From NCBI GenBank assembly GCA_015680685.1, contig MNCI01002529.1, forward strand, positions 6,069 to 70,068: a stretch of DNA of 64,000 nt. The letters are read 5' to 3'. This DNA comes from Gnetum montanum (taxonomy: Eukaryota > Plantae > Gnetophyta). Made by a program: the position numbers and the translations under genes. Under the pieces are notes generated by a model. It ran no database searches. It saw nothing but the letters and a program-made list of their open reading frames with translations, and was not told the DNA's origin. Each line of letters starts with the position of its first letter. The stretch's first letter is position 1. Positions 47,701 through 58,400 of the stretch are shown here, one piece after another.

Positions 47701-50700
47701 GGCTTGTTGGCTTGCAGCGGATCAGGTGTGTGCTGAGGAGAGAGTAGCGTGGGAAGATTGGTGGCACAAGATGTACGTAGAGGTCCAGTGGGAGGTGTGG
47801 ACCTTTAGAGGATACATGATTTATAGCAAATGGAGTGGGAGGCAGACCTTTAGAGGATATGTGATTTACAGCAAATGGAGTGGGAGGTGGACCTTTAGAG
47901 GATATGTGATTTACAGCAAATGGTGGATCTATTGGAGAGGCATCAAGAGGAATTATAGCAGATGGTGGAATACCATTGGAAAAGGGAAGAAAAAGTGACA
48001 ACGTAGGAAGATCTTGGGGCATTGGCGTGGGCACTGCAGGTCGATCAGGTGCTTGATGATGAGATGGGGCTGCATGAGGCAAGGGTGCCGAAGGCATGAT
48101 TTTGGATTAGGTTGTGGTTTGAGGGGTGTGGGGGCATGTTTTGGCCCTAGTGCGGTTTGGGCTTCTTTGTCATTGTCGTGCGAGTGTGCGGGGTTTTTCT
48201 AGTGTTTGGTGCTGTTGGGTGCAGTGTGCATTTTTGGGGTTGTTGTGGCTGAAATGTTTTGTTTACATGTCTGATGGTTAGGAGGTTTTGCCCTAGGCTC
48301 CATGCCTTTGTACATATATTGTTTTGAGCTAATTTTTCTCGATTTTTCTAGAAAAAATATAATGTTTTACCTTGTATGGAAGGAAAATCTAACCATGACA
48401 AAATGTACAAAACATTTATTTATAAAACACTTACTCCATGAAGACTTCTAGGCTTCTAAGATTCCACTATCCTCATCACACAATTGAAAGAAGGTAGTTG
48501 TGCATCTCAAATATGTTTTAAATTGTATAGAAGAACTACCTCACATCAGACAATGGAGTTACAACCGTTAGGTTTGCTTTTCATGGGAAATTCAACCAAT
48601 GTTTTTCTCCAACTTTAAGCATCCTAAATTTGGCAAAGTCTTGAAGTAGGGCTTGAATTTTTGGCAGAAATATCTGAGTAGAGAGGACATTGAAGCCTAA
48701 AATAGATCTGAAATTATAGTTATCAACACAATTTGTGAAGGTGGGAATTTAACAAGGTTTTCCTTCATAACTTGAAAGTGATAACAATTCTGAAGTATAT
48801 GCATACTATAAATAGAGTACAGACTAAGGTATTGTTGGTGATGAGACACATAAGCTAGAACACATCAACTGCAAGAAAAGTAAGTCTCTAATTTTTTTTA
48901 TTAAACACATGACAGATTTACAGATCCAGCTAGAGTTAGAATAAATCAAAGAAACCAAAAGTCTGCAAACCATAAGGAAAATAACAGTCTCTAATTCAGC
49001 TGTCATCATCATGGGTATTAAAATGTGAATTTTGAGCAAATAGGGAAATAGAAAAGAAGCCTTGAAAATAACATTGCATTTAGCTAGAAATCTTTGTGAT
49101 TCAAGAACTAAAATCTGATATATCAGAAAACAGAACTAAATCTAATTTATGTGCAAAAGAAGGAGTGATTTTGATCTGATCATTGTGCCAAAGTGGAGCA
49201 TAAAAACAAGGAGAATCAGCACAGTGACAGGTGTATTCTAATTCAAGCTTGACCATTTGTAATTCAATTCTTTAGCTCACATTATTACCTTTTTTTTGTT
49301 TTGGCCTTTTGGACAAATATTAGCAACAGCAAACAGGTGCTTAAGAGTGCATCAAATAAGAGGTATTGACTATTCAACGATAAATCCAAACTCAAAACAG
49401 TAGTCATGAAGGCAACTCTATCACTGCATGAGAACCTTCATTATTAAATAAACTCAAAATTATTTCCTAAGCAAACAGAAACTTTAAATCCCCAAGTTTA
49501 AATCAACGCAATTCTAAATTATAGCTTTCTTGAGCAGCTAGATTCCAACCAAAAGGGGGAAAAAGAAAAGAACCAGAGAAATGGAATTCTGATTTATTTT
49601 ATATTAACAAGAGGTAAATTTGCAAAGAGGAAAAGAGATTTGCATTCTAATATTTACCCCATTTATTTTCCCATAGTATAGAATAAACACAACGTTTTTT
49701 TCCTTTCTTTTTTGCTACTGATAAGATGAAACACAAATTCTAGAAAATAAGATCCATGGAAAAGTAACGCTATCCTTAGTTATGACTGATCCTTATCAAG
49801 GGCATAAAAATTTGATTTCTGGAAAACAGAAAAGTAAATTTCATGTGCTTGAATATCAAATGGAAAGGAAAGGTGCAAATAAAATCTACAATGTGCCATT
49901 GCTTATTTGCAACCCAGCTTGACCACCATGATGCATTAACACAGTGCCAAACTTTTTAAATCTTTATTATCAAAATTTTCCAGCCTCTCATGTTTTCACA
50001 TTGTGAGAAATGTAGGCTTGAACAAATGACCATTTAACAATGAATTGGGATATGACAATGCTCTTGAAAACCCCTCAAAAACTGACACAGAAATACTCAA
50101 CAAAACAGAACATGTGCACTTCACAAAGATAACAAAAATCATCAATATCCATAATTTCTTTTTATTTTTAAAAGAATTCTCAATGGACATTTTAGCCATC
50201 TAGCTGTCACACACCAAGTCTCTCCAACCCTACATTATCGTGTAACCCATACAAGAAGAACACTGGGGTTGGATAAAATGGTAGGGCTAACACCGTCAAA
50301 CACCTCCAAGAACTAAGCCCTTGTAGTCGACACAACAAATCACTAGCCTTGTATAGAATGATGGGGGCCATTTCTTTCTTTAAAAAAATGATCACAAAAA
50401 CATGAAATACCAAGTGCACGACACAAAGAAAATGCTAACTCATAAGCCCAAAACATTTATGCTAAAAGATTAGATCCAAGACATATGAGACTCTCCATGC
50501 ATGACTCAAAACTCACAAGAAATCTCACATGCCCTTATGAAATAATGCTCACTTGTCCAAGCCAATACAACGTCAAACACCTATTAAAAATTTTGTACAA
50601 CAAGGGTTTAGAATACACTCTAAAGTTGAATTTGGCCAATTTGGAACAGAAGATACCTCAACCTTGGCTTGTTGTCCAACTAGTAGCCTCAAGAAATCAG

Positions 50701-53700
50701 CTTCAAATTGCAAGTCCAAGGTGCTGTCGAAATCCTCTTATAAAAATCAGAGAAAATGGTCCCCTGGATCAGCCAAACAGTCCCCAAAAATAAATCACAA
50801 AAGGCTCCAACAGCAACAGCAAAATCAACCTCCACAAGACCACTCAAAACAGCCCAAAAGATGGTTGAGAACAGGCAATGAATAACCACTCCTGCTCTCC
50901 TCAACTCCTCACTCCTTAAACTAACATAGTCTCCTCTTTCTCGGAAAAGGTGAAAATGTGAGCAAACCCTCCTATTTATAGGATGGATGAGACCCTAAAG
51001 CTTGGACAAAGATCTGTGCACAAGAGTTTACACAATGGGCAAAGACTAGATAATCCATTCTCCAAATTTTTTTTATTGATGGCATCATTGCTACTTAACT
51101 GGGACAAACAAACTCTCATGAGGGAGTGGACATGTGAGAGTGACAACACTCAAGAGTCACATGGCCCCTATTTAATGAGACCATTGTGCATTTTTGAGCC
51201 ATTAATATGAATTAGACAATTAGCATATAAGTAAAATAGATATTATCATAAACATGTTATAGAGCATAAATCACCATCCCTCATTGACTTTTCTTATGGC
51301 CCCACTTTTTTGTCTTGTTTTAAGTCACTTTTTACTTTATAAGCTACCAGGGTTTCTATGTTTTTTTGGCCTTTTATCTATTTTCCACATTTCTCACAAT
51401 TTATCTAGTACAAATCATTAATATTAAACATGTTGTACATCCAACATTTTACACATATCAAGTTGGTCATAACAAGCATAAACATGCCATAGCTACCATG
51501 CTAGAAATTAATATTTTAATTGAATTAAGGAAAACATTGCCTTACAAGGTACTTTTTTTAACCGTTTAATCTTAAAATCTCAAAATTTAGACTCGAATTG
51601 AAAAACTAATTGTAGATCTATACTATGGGTGTAAAACTGAATTAGTCCACCAAATTTGAGTGTGATCTGATAACTTTATATTTTGATGTATTTTAATTAA
51701 TTAAATATTCAATAATTTAAAAATTCCAACTAAACGCCAAAATAAACCATGGATCGACATTACATTAAGTTTCTAGTATTATTCGAAAATAATACTAGAC
51801 TTTCACATGCTCATTCATTAATAATATATATATATGTGTGTGTATATATTAAACTTAAAATAATAAATAATTAGACAAAACTTAGAAATAAATAGTACTA
51901 TTGCTTGTCGCCCAAACCAAAGTCTTTTTATTACTTATGAAAATCATGTCGGATTGGATCGTAGATTGTTTTTTTATTTCTATGATTCCAGATTGTGGAT
52001 TGTGATTTGAAATCACATGGGATTGTGATTTTTAAAAATATTGATTTTAAATCATTTTCAAAAGTAAATGCAATTAAAATAGAAATTTCTAAACATATTA
52101 ATATAACAACATTGCATTACATATGAGCATCAACATAAATTCATTGTTTATACTCCTATATATATCACAAAAAATTTTAAATGTAAGTTACACTGCACTA
52201 TTCATTAACTGTCAACTAAAACAAATGAGTTGAGGAATGTTTGAAATCAACTGTTGAAGTGATTCAAAATGAGTTGAAGAAGAATGTGTTGTTGAACTCC
52301 CAAAAAATGTTTTGCTCTTTGCAGAAAAATGTGCACAAGTGCCAAAAATCTTGAAACTGCTAATGACGCATATTGAGAATGTTCTATGCTCATTCTTTCT
52401 ACTTTTATAGCTGTATTGAGTTATGAATTTTGTTATTGAGATGGTGCTTTAATGTTTAATCCTAAAAAAGTGTAAACTTCTAATTGGTGTTTTAAAAGAT
52501 TCTGAAATTGTCTGGAATCATTAGGAATCACATCACGATTCGGAATTGCTTGGAATCATTCGGAATCGTGATTTGGAACTTGATCACGATCTAGAATAGA
52601 TCCGGATTGCAATTGTTCAGATCACAATCTTGAATTGCCTAGATGTTGATCATAAATATGGTAATGACCTCGTAAATCTGTCACACCGAAGGTATGCATC
52701 TAAAGGTTCCATGATTCGTTTGAAGATTTGTTCATCCTAAATATTGAGATCCAATTTGAACCCATGTACATTTCCAAATATTTTGTAACGAAAAATGTCT
52801 TCTTTTTGAATATTGAGTTTTCATGGATGAACTAGTCAAATGAAAGAGGACTTGACATTGCAGGTCAACTAGAATTTTTTTTTGGAAGAAAAGGGAAACC
52901 GAATCTATAGAACCCGGGGCACATTCGGAAAAAGGTAATATCCGATCATAGTACATCTGTATAAGGCTTGAAAATCTAGAATAGAGAAACATACAGTACC
53001 ATCAGTGTTAAAGGAAACCAAAATAGCAACAAAAAAGAGTACTGCCATGATTCCGCAAAGTTGCACACCAAGAGAAGAGAGCTATATTTACAAAGTGAAA
53101 CCCTGAAAGGCTTTTGTCTGTGAAGATGGAGAGATTTCTGTATTGCCTGATACAATAGTCATTCAGCTGTGGGCATAAAAAGATCAAAGGAGAATCTCAT
53201 TTTTTAGAATAATAATGCAAGAGTTCCAACTTTTAACTCAATTACTCATTTCATATTATGATTATCTCAATAGTGTCCAACAAATGCCGCTTTTTCCTTC
53301 TTCCTAAAACATCAAATTCTTCCTCAGATATTAACAAGGAGCATGCCATTGATGATCAGTATTTTTGTGAGAATGCATGGTCCTTTTCCTGATAAATCCT
53401 CTTTTACCAAGTTTGTTTTATCCGTCATCCATAAGGTTTTTTATTTTGAAAAAAAAATTTTAACGTGAAAATCTATTTGCTTGACTCTCTCCAAAATTGC
53501 TGTTGAAAAGCCTTGGTTGTACCTGTAATGAATTTTTCTTTTTGTTTCATACCCTAGTTGAACAACCACCTGAGTAATTTCGGCAAGAATCCCAATGATT
53601 TGACAAAGATCACAGCACAAATATCCCTGTTTTGCCAAGCATGCCTCAGAGTTGAAATCCTCTGAGCAGCCATAGCTATGCCCTGAAGCTGACTGCTCAC

Positions 53701-55445
53701 CGGTTTTTTCCCATCATCCTCTAATGGCGCTATTACTTGTATTTATACAGTCACTAATATTCATAAGAAAAGTACCCTGCTACGTCCTATTGTTGATCAT
53801 GTTTATCACTGTTACTAGAAGGCTTAAACCTGACTTCAAGTTTACTTCATTTTACAGTTATTTGCACCGTAGATGTATAGCGGCTTTTGAGATATATCAT
53901 TTGTCATATTGGCACTCTTTCCAGGTCAGATTCTCGGTCATTTTTCACATTATATATATATATATATACTGCTTAAGCCTAATTGCTTATCTGATTTTAT
54001 TTATTGCTGATGTTTTGATTTTCTAATATGTATTGTGCCATAATGATTTGTTGATTGTTTTGACATACATTATCCTTGTATTTTTTTGGGACATGTTTAG
54101 GGGGTTTTGGGTGGTAGCTCTTTCTACCTAGGAAAGGACGTTGAATAAAAGCCTTATAAACATTATCGGAAGGTGATTTTTCCTAGGTTTATCTTTTATG
54201 TTGGCTACGACATCCAGCAGTATCACTTGAAAAGAAGATTGTTAACAAGATCATCAAATACATTAATGATAATTTCATTGATCAAGCCAATTAAGACTGA
54301 TTAATTTATTGTTGCAAAAATATTTTATGGAGTTCGTGGATTGTTCCCATCTTTACAGGCTTTCCAACTGACCCTCTTGCATACACATTAAGGAATAAGA
54401 AATAATAGATACACTTTGCATCATATCAGTACATAGCCGTTAGGATTAAACTAATCAGTGATGAATTACAGGATGCAAGTCTTGGCAACAAGTTTCACGT
54501 CATTGAATTTGGTAATTTGGTTGTGTTTTTTTTAGTGGGGTTGGAACCCAAACTTTGAATATATACTGGTATAACATAGGTCATAAGATGGATGGTGCCT
54601 CAACAATTAGAATCTGCAACCTGTTATAAAAATTGCAACAGGCAGCCATTTGCTTGTGTTTTTCAAGCATTTATGCTTCCAGACATATGAACATTCATTA
54701 TAGAGCAACTCATTTATGATACGTACAGCATCCTTTATCTTTTTTGTAAATATATTTAATATTTAAACCTATTTATCAAAAATTTTTATCAATCAGAGTA
54801 TATGATCTTTATTTTTGAAGAGAACCTATTTTTTTTTTCATGTTTTTGTTTTTGATAGTTGCGTCGGCATCTTCTTAGTCTAGCTGAGTCGGAAGCCAAT
54901 GTGCCAGTTATTTTGGGAGCAAACTTCTCTGCTGGAGTGATAGCTGGTGGAATTGCTGCGGCTGTTACTTGTCCTTTGGATGTTGCTAAGACACGTCGCC
55001 AGTTAGAGGTGTGTATTTGAAAAATATAAAATCATGATTGTGGCATCAAGCAATTTTCTGAATTGAATGCTATTGGACAGTCCATCAAATAGTTTCTATT
55101 TTAATTTAGTGTTGAGGGAATAAGCCATCAGCTTGAACTCTATGCAATAACCTATTATGCATTATTTTCCTAGAAGAATCCAAGCAAGGTGATCGGAACA
55201 AGTATTAGGAAAACCTTGTTGGAAATTTGGCGGTAAGTTGTTGAATATATATATTTTAAATATTTATGGGATAATTTTTTTTGGGTTGAATTCTTTTCTG
55301 ATATGAAAACATTATCATGCCCAGAGATGGGAAAGGACAGGGCTTGTTTGCAGGGATGGGTCCAAGGGTAGCTCGGGCTGGGCCTTCAGTGGGAGTCGTG
55401 GTTTCCTTTTATGAAGTCCTCAAATATTTGTTGCACAGATCATAG
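6616..55445 (+). CDS. MTM1: Mitochondrial carrier family protein, MTM1/SLC25A39-40-like; 10 coding exons, 1038 nt, 345 aa
   Basis: Exons 6616-6768, 7088-7177, 7269-7310, 7418-7477, 27481-27651, 28193-28292, 41752-41843, 54859-55008, 55174-55232 and 55325-55445 all have GT-AG borders and join in frame without stops. Three carrier signatures: [74 protein letters not shown] and [25 protein letters not shown] match Arabidopsis MTM1 as I recall it. Confidence 0.93.
7088..7477 (+). CDS. MTM1: MTM1-like exons 2-4 (7088-7177, 7269-7310, 7418-7477)
   Basis: TRLQAQ...SYR / [14 protein letters not shown] / [20 protein letters not shown], separated by phase-0 GT-AG introns. Confidence 0.88.
12583..16664 (-). 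mobile_element. Solo LTR related to 1655-2434, inverted, inserted in the copia protease region and itself interrupted by LINE copy 1
   Basis: 12583 TGATGAGTGGTGAG...CTCAATCATAC resembles the reverse complement of the 2434 LTR end; other end TACATCA; minus-strand CTATAAATA near 16590; copia reading resumes on both sides. Confidence 0.68.
12961..16192 (+). mobile_element. 5'-truncated L1-type LINE copy 1: RT, zinc finger, accessory domain, coiled coil; no recognisable J-domain
   Basis: GLRQGDPLS and HYVDD motifs; [12 protein letters not shown]; 3' AATAAA plus A-rich tail; 12-bp TSD AACTCAACTACT at 12949-12960 and 16193-16204; many stops. Confidence 0.92.
20752..20784. repeat. (ATA)n microsatellite, ~11 units
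   Basis: Read directly from the sequence. Confidence 0.95.
20961..24420 (+). mobile_element. 5'-truncated L1-type LINE copy 2 with accessory domain, coiled coil and J-domain; 3' end lies in an assembly gap
   Basis: ORF 20998-21882 has [29 protein letters not shown]; CPTC...HFAYNC zinc finger; FHPD at 23702-23713; an A-run follows the gap. Confidence 0.92.
23633..23849 (+). pseudogene. DnaJ-type J-domain encoded at the LINE 3' end (copy 2)
   Basis: [61 protein letters not shown]; the stop at 23768 is CAA (Gln) in copy 3. Confidence 0.8.
26160..26705 (+). mobile_element. Ty3/gypsy RT-RNase H fragment
   Basis: [27 protein letters not shown] and [29 protein letters not shown]...LLTNHEVL. Confidence 0.8.
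27481..28292 (+). CDS. MTM1: MTM1-like exons 5-6 (27481-27651, 28193-28292)
   Basis: [13 protein letters not shown]...[12 protein letters not shown] / [18 protein letters not shown]...QAN(G); phase-1 donor G|GTGAG. Confidence 0.88.
28909..30522 (-). mobile_element. 5'-truncated antisense LINE copy 5 (diverged subfamily): accessory domain, coiled coil, J-domain
   Basis: T-run at 28910-28916 is the poly(A). Minus-strand translation FFQGFVART...[39 protein letters not shown] is collinear with copy 2. TSD AACATACA(C/T)TGCA at 28896-28908 and 30523-30535. Confidence 0.85.
29230..29470 (-). pseudogene. DnaJ-type J-domain encoded at the LINE 3' end (copy 5)
   Basis: [67 protein letters not shown]; HLDK at 29383-29372 is one C>T away from HPDK. 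Confidence 0.78.
30544..30732 (+). mobile_element. 189-bp 3' stub of the same LINE group
   Basis: Same tail as copy 1 (AATAAAtTTCGCTtGATTTTTTCCAAAAAGAAAAG); perfect 21-bp TSD AACATACATTGCATTATGTAG at 30523-30543 and 30733-30753. Confidence 0.88.
31173..31317 (-). mobile_element. 3' fragment of an RTE-clade LINE
   Basis: Minus translation [42 protein letters not shown] resembles the plant RTE C-terminus; TSD AAGTAAACA at 31162 and 31318; absent from the other LTR copy. Confidence 0.72.
31399..35551 (+). mobile_element. 5'-truncated L1-type LINE copy 3 (same subfamily as copy 2) with degenerate J-domain
   Basis: [32 protein letters not shown]...HFIYDC; alignable with copy 2 throughout; TSD AAA(G/A)GATTTGATGAG at 31384-31398 and 35552-35566; contains gap 35255-35358. 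Confidence 0.92.
34992..35225 (+). pseudogene. Degenerate J-domain at the LINE 3' end (copy 3)
   Basis: [32 protein letters not shown]...[24 protein letters not shown]...PHCGC; HPD is mutated to DPN. Confidence 0.72.
35573..36044 (+). mobile_element. 3' stub of a related LINE (end of coiled coil plus GT-rich 3' UTR)
   Basis: TGTACATA...AATAAA...A8 tail; TSD AAAAAGAT(T/C)TGATGAGAAGTTG at 35551-35572 and 36045-36066. Confidence 0.8.
41752..41843 (+). CDS. MTM1: MTM1-like exon 7
   Basis: TTGCAG|AACAA acceptor; [31 protein letters not shown]; donor CCG|GTAAC. Confidence 0.93.
42361..42440 (+). mobile_element. Degenerate tRNA-derived SINE-like head
   Basis: A-box-like TAGCTTACTTGG and B-box-like GGTTTGATC, followed by AATGGGCTATGC; a similar arrangement occurs at 26750-26825. 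Confidence 0.4.
44362..48357 (+). mobile_element. 5'-truncated L1-type LINE copy 4 (third subfamily): end of endonuclease, RT, zinc finger, accessory domain, coiled coil
   Basis: ASDH motif near 44430, [24 protein letters not shown], and VGWVDML...FYDN...RVNMPRYF; tail CTCGATTTTTCTAGAAAAAA; 5' border approximate, no clear TSD. Confidence 0.88.
47800..47923 (+). repeat. 45-bp tandem repeat (~2.8 copies) in the LINE copy 4 coiled-coil region
   Basis: GACCTTTAGAGGATA...GCAAATGG units start at 47800, 47845 and 47890. Confidence 0.9.
51945..52640. repeat. Probable non-autonomous DNA-transposon remnant with clustered GATC/GAATC subterminal motifs; related sequence at ~7780-8090
   Basis: AATTGCTTGGAATCAT occurs at both ~7989 and ~52544, with repeated GATT/GAATC motifs; TIR and TSD not resolved. 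Confidence 0.4.
54859..55445 (+). CDS. MTM1: MTM1-like exons 8-10 (54859-55008, 55174-55232, 55325-55445)
   Basis: LRRHLL...[14 protein letters not shown] / [19 protein letters not shown](R) / [23 protein letters not shown]...LHRS*; phases are consistent. Confidence 0.93.
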
Positions 55446-58400
55446 CCGTATCACTTCAAGGAAAATGAGAATTTCATTTTGGGTAATTGACAGTTCAACG
55501 GATTGGAGTTTTTCTTGCACAGATCAAATGCATTCTTGCAATTGTGAAGAAAAAACTTGTTCAAAGTCGTATCATCAAACCATTCCTTATCTTCACACCA
55601 TCTTTGAAATTAGTTTGCAGTGTATACAATGACTCGATTATAAGCAAATTTAGACTTTGAATCCTTCATCTAGTTGTGATAATTAACAATGTAACACATT
55701 GATTTCCGTTATAGCAAAAAATAATTTGAACATAGCAAGAAAAAATTAGATCAAAATAAAGCAATTGTACATCAATCAATATATTAATTCTACTAGGACA
55801 ATGAAGTGCCAAGGGTTTATTGTTTATACTCAAGGTTAGAGATTGTCAATGATAATGATTGACTAAAGGTTGTCAAAATCAATTCTATCAAGCTTCCAAC
55901 AAAGATATCCTTTAGACTTTATACTAACGTTTTGGAATTCGTTGGAAAATGTAAGAACCTTTTGTTTTGAATTTTAGTAGGTGAGAAAACCATGTTGCTC
56001 TAATACAGTACTTTAGAACTTCAACATGTTGAGTTGGGGTTATATGTTCTTGCACTTCATCATTGTGATGAAGTTGTTTAGCTTTTCAAAGGTTCGTGTG
56101 AACATTAAGTTCATTGTGTAGTAGACTTGCTACTACATCAACAACTTCTTCTACCATTCATGTGATAATTCTATCATTGTTGCTCTATTGCCTTCTTCAA
56201 AGGACTACATGCAATGATGTAGTATTTCTAGAAAGTTGGTATCATTAGTCTAAAAATCTCATTGAAACTCTTTTATTGGCAAGATCCATATGGACTTGGC
56301 TAGACTTTTCTATTGTGGCAATTAAGAATTTTGAAATGCCCTTTCAACTATATTCTTTTGTAGTTCCCTACATACCATTCAACATTTGTTTAAATCAATA
56401 GCCACAATAGTAGCTATTAGATCTTGCACAAACCTTTTCCAAAACTTGTAGGTCCTCCCCATATCAAGCTCTTCCCTTCTTATATCCTTGGATAGTCACT
56501 AACCAAGGATAAGTCACCCTAGCAGGTTAATGTCAATAAAAATCACTATCAAAAGAATGTTTATAAGTTGTTTGCAAAAAAGCATAACATATTATCACAA
56601 TTTATAAGGAATTTATCAAAAAAAAAAAAATAGTGAGGTAAGATGTTAGAATAGGAAAGTAGAAGCAAGACCATGAGGTGCTTTGGTTATAAATTCAATG
56701 CTTCATTTGTATAAGATGTGATTAAGAAATGACATCTTATAAATTTGAAACCAAAATGTACTACTTATTAGTGACATCCCATTACATCATCCTCAGACTA
56801 TCATCATTGAGTCAATTTTAGAACAAACTTGGCTACATTATATTCAATTATTATTTTGAACATAGGGACCATATGAAATGTGCTTATTAAAGTGTATTCT
56901 TGGCTCATTTGTTAGGGGTACACCTTCAAACATGGGTGTATTCCTTTCTAGTAACTTAACAAATGCTAACCTTAGTAAAGAAGTATCTTTAGACAAGGGT
57001 CACATGCCTTTCTAGTCAAATGTTGAGATTATTCCCTAGCAAATTTTCATGATAAGAGGCCTACTTTTAGATGAGTAACATGCTTTTACAGTGATGTGTT
57101 ATATGGATACCTTCTTATTAGTTTGTTTCCTTTTATCTTTATCTTTTTTTTTTGTTGAGTTTTATCTTTTATCATTTTTGTTTTTATCAATGTAACAAGT
57201 TGTATATCATGTCTAAACTCAAAATGATGTATCAAAGATTCAATAAATCCCTTGATATCATATCCTTTATCTCAAGTCCTATATCCTTCATTTTAAGTTT
57301 TGGTGATCATGAAAGTTGATTTAAATTTGTTAAGAGTATAATGACCACATTGCATTCATAAGCAGTGACCTCTTATTAGAGTGGAAGATGAAGGGATGAC
57401 TAGATTTGTTTATTGATGTCTATAAATTAGATACTTTAAGTAGATAATATAAACAAGAATTGGTGCATATTCATTGTGCATTGATGCATGCTAGAATTGT
57501 GAAACTAGTGTATTTGGTTTGAGAATTATGATATTATGATGGTCATGTGTATTTTATTTTGATGTACCATGGATTACTTTCAATATTACTATCATATAGT
57601 AAGATAATATATCGTTATGGATTATACTTATATTGACAGATGTGCACTAATCTTGTTTGACTTTGTAGATAGGAATAGTCACACTATGGGTAAGTCATTA
57701 GGTATGACTATTATATTGTTATTAATATGGTGCTTGATTCTATATGCTACCTTAGGCATGATCTTTTTTGTATGCTTGATTGGAAGAGATAGTAGTAGGT
57801 TTTGTTAGTTTTTTGTAGCTTTAAACGAATTTGGAATTGGGTTTTTTTGTTTAGGAGATATAGTCATTTAAATGTTTATCATTAATAAAAAGTCTTAAAT
57901 TAATTAAAAACCTTATTAAAGGTACTATTGTAAAATTTTAATGTGGAATATTTTGGTTAGCTCATGGAAATTATAAAGTCAGACTAGAACAATCAATGCA
58001 AGATTAAGTCATAGTTCTCATATTAGAAGCAATGACTTTTTATACCTTAGTTTGTTTTATCATTTGGTTTATGCGACATCTAGAAGATATTCAAAGTATG
58101 AGACTTTTGTGGAACAATGAATAATCAAAGCAAAAGAAACTTTTGGATATTAAAAGAAGAGTTCTACAAGCATTAGATCTATTTCTCTTATGAACTATTA
58201 TTTATGTTCTTCATGTTATGTTCTTTTCCATGTCTTAGAGTTACTCTCATGTTATATTTCCTAGTTTAAACTTTGGAGTCATGTGGAATCTTTAGGTGAT
58301 TAATTTTTTAAAGTTTATATTAAGAGCTTATGCTAGCTTTATACACATTTCCCTTAGAAAGGGCCAATGCTCTCTCATGTAAGCCTCATCCCAATTAAGG

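Larger units (their letters stand above)
43195..51250 (-). repeat. Dispersed repeat copy B (probable long solo LTR), interrupted by LINE copy 4
   Basis: Same alignment blocks as copy A and the same TGTAGGACCCC start; right border uncertain. Confidence 0.7.

Noticed and set aside
47800-47923. CRISPR-like array
   Set aside because: Contiguous tandem units with no unique spacers, in a eukaryotic context with no cas genes.
46302-48097. Minus-strand ORFs of 198 and 196 aa
   Set aside because: Antisense shadows of the G-rich LINE strand; P/S/H-rich with no motifs.
19744-51250. Paired LTRs of one giant element capturing exons 5-7
   Set aside because: The exons are required for the collinear host gene, and no PBS, PPT or TSD pairing was seen; independent insertions are simpler.
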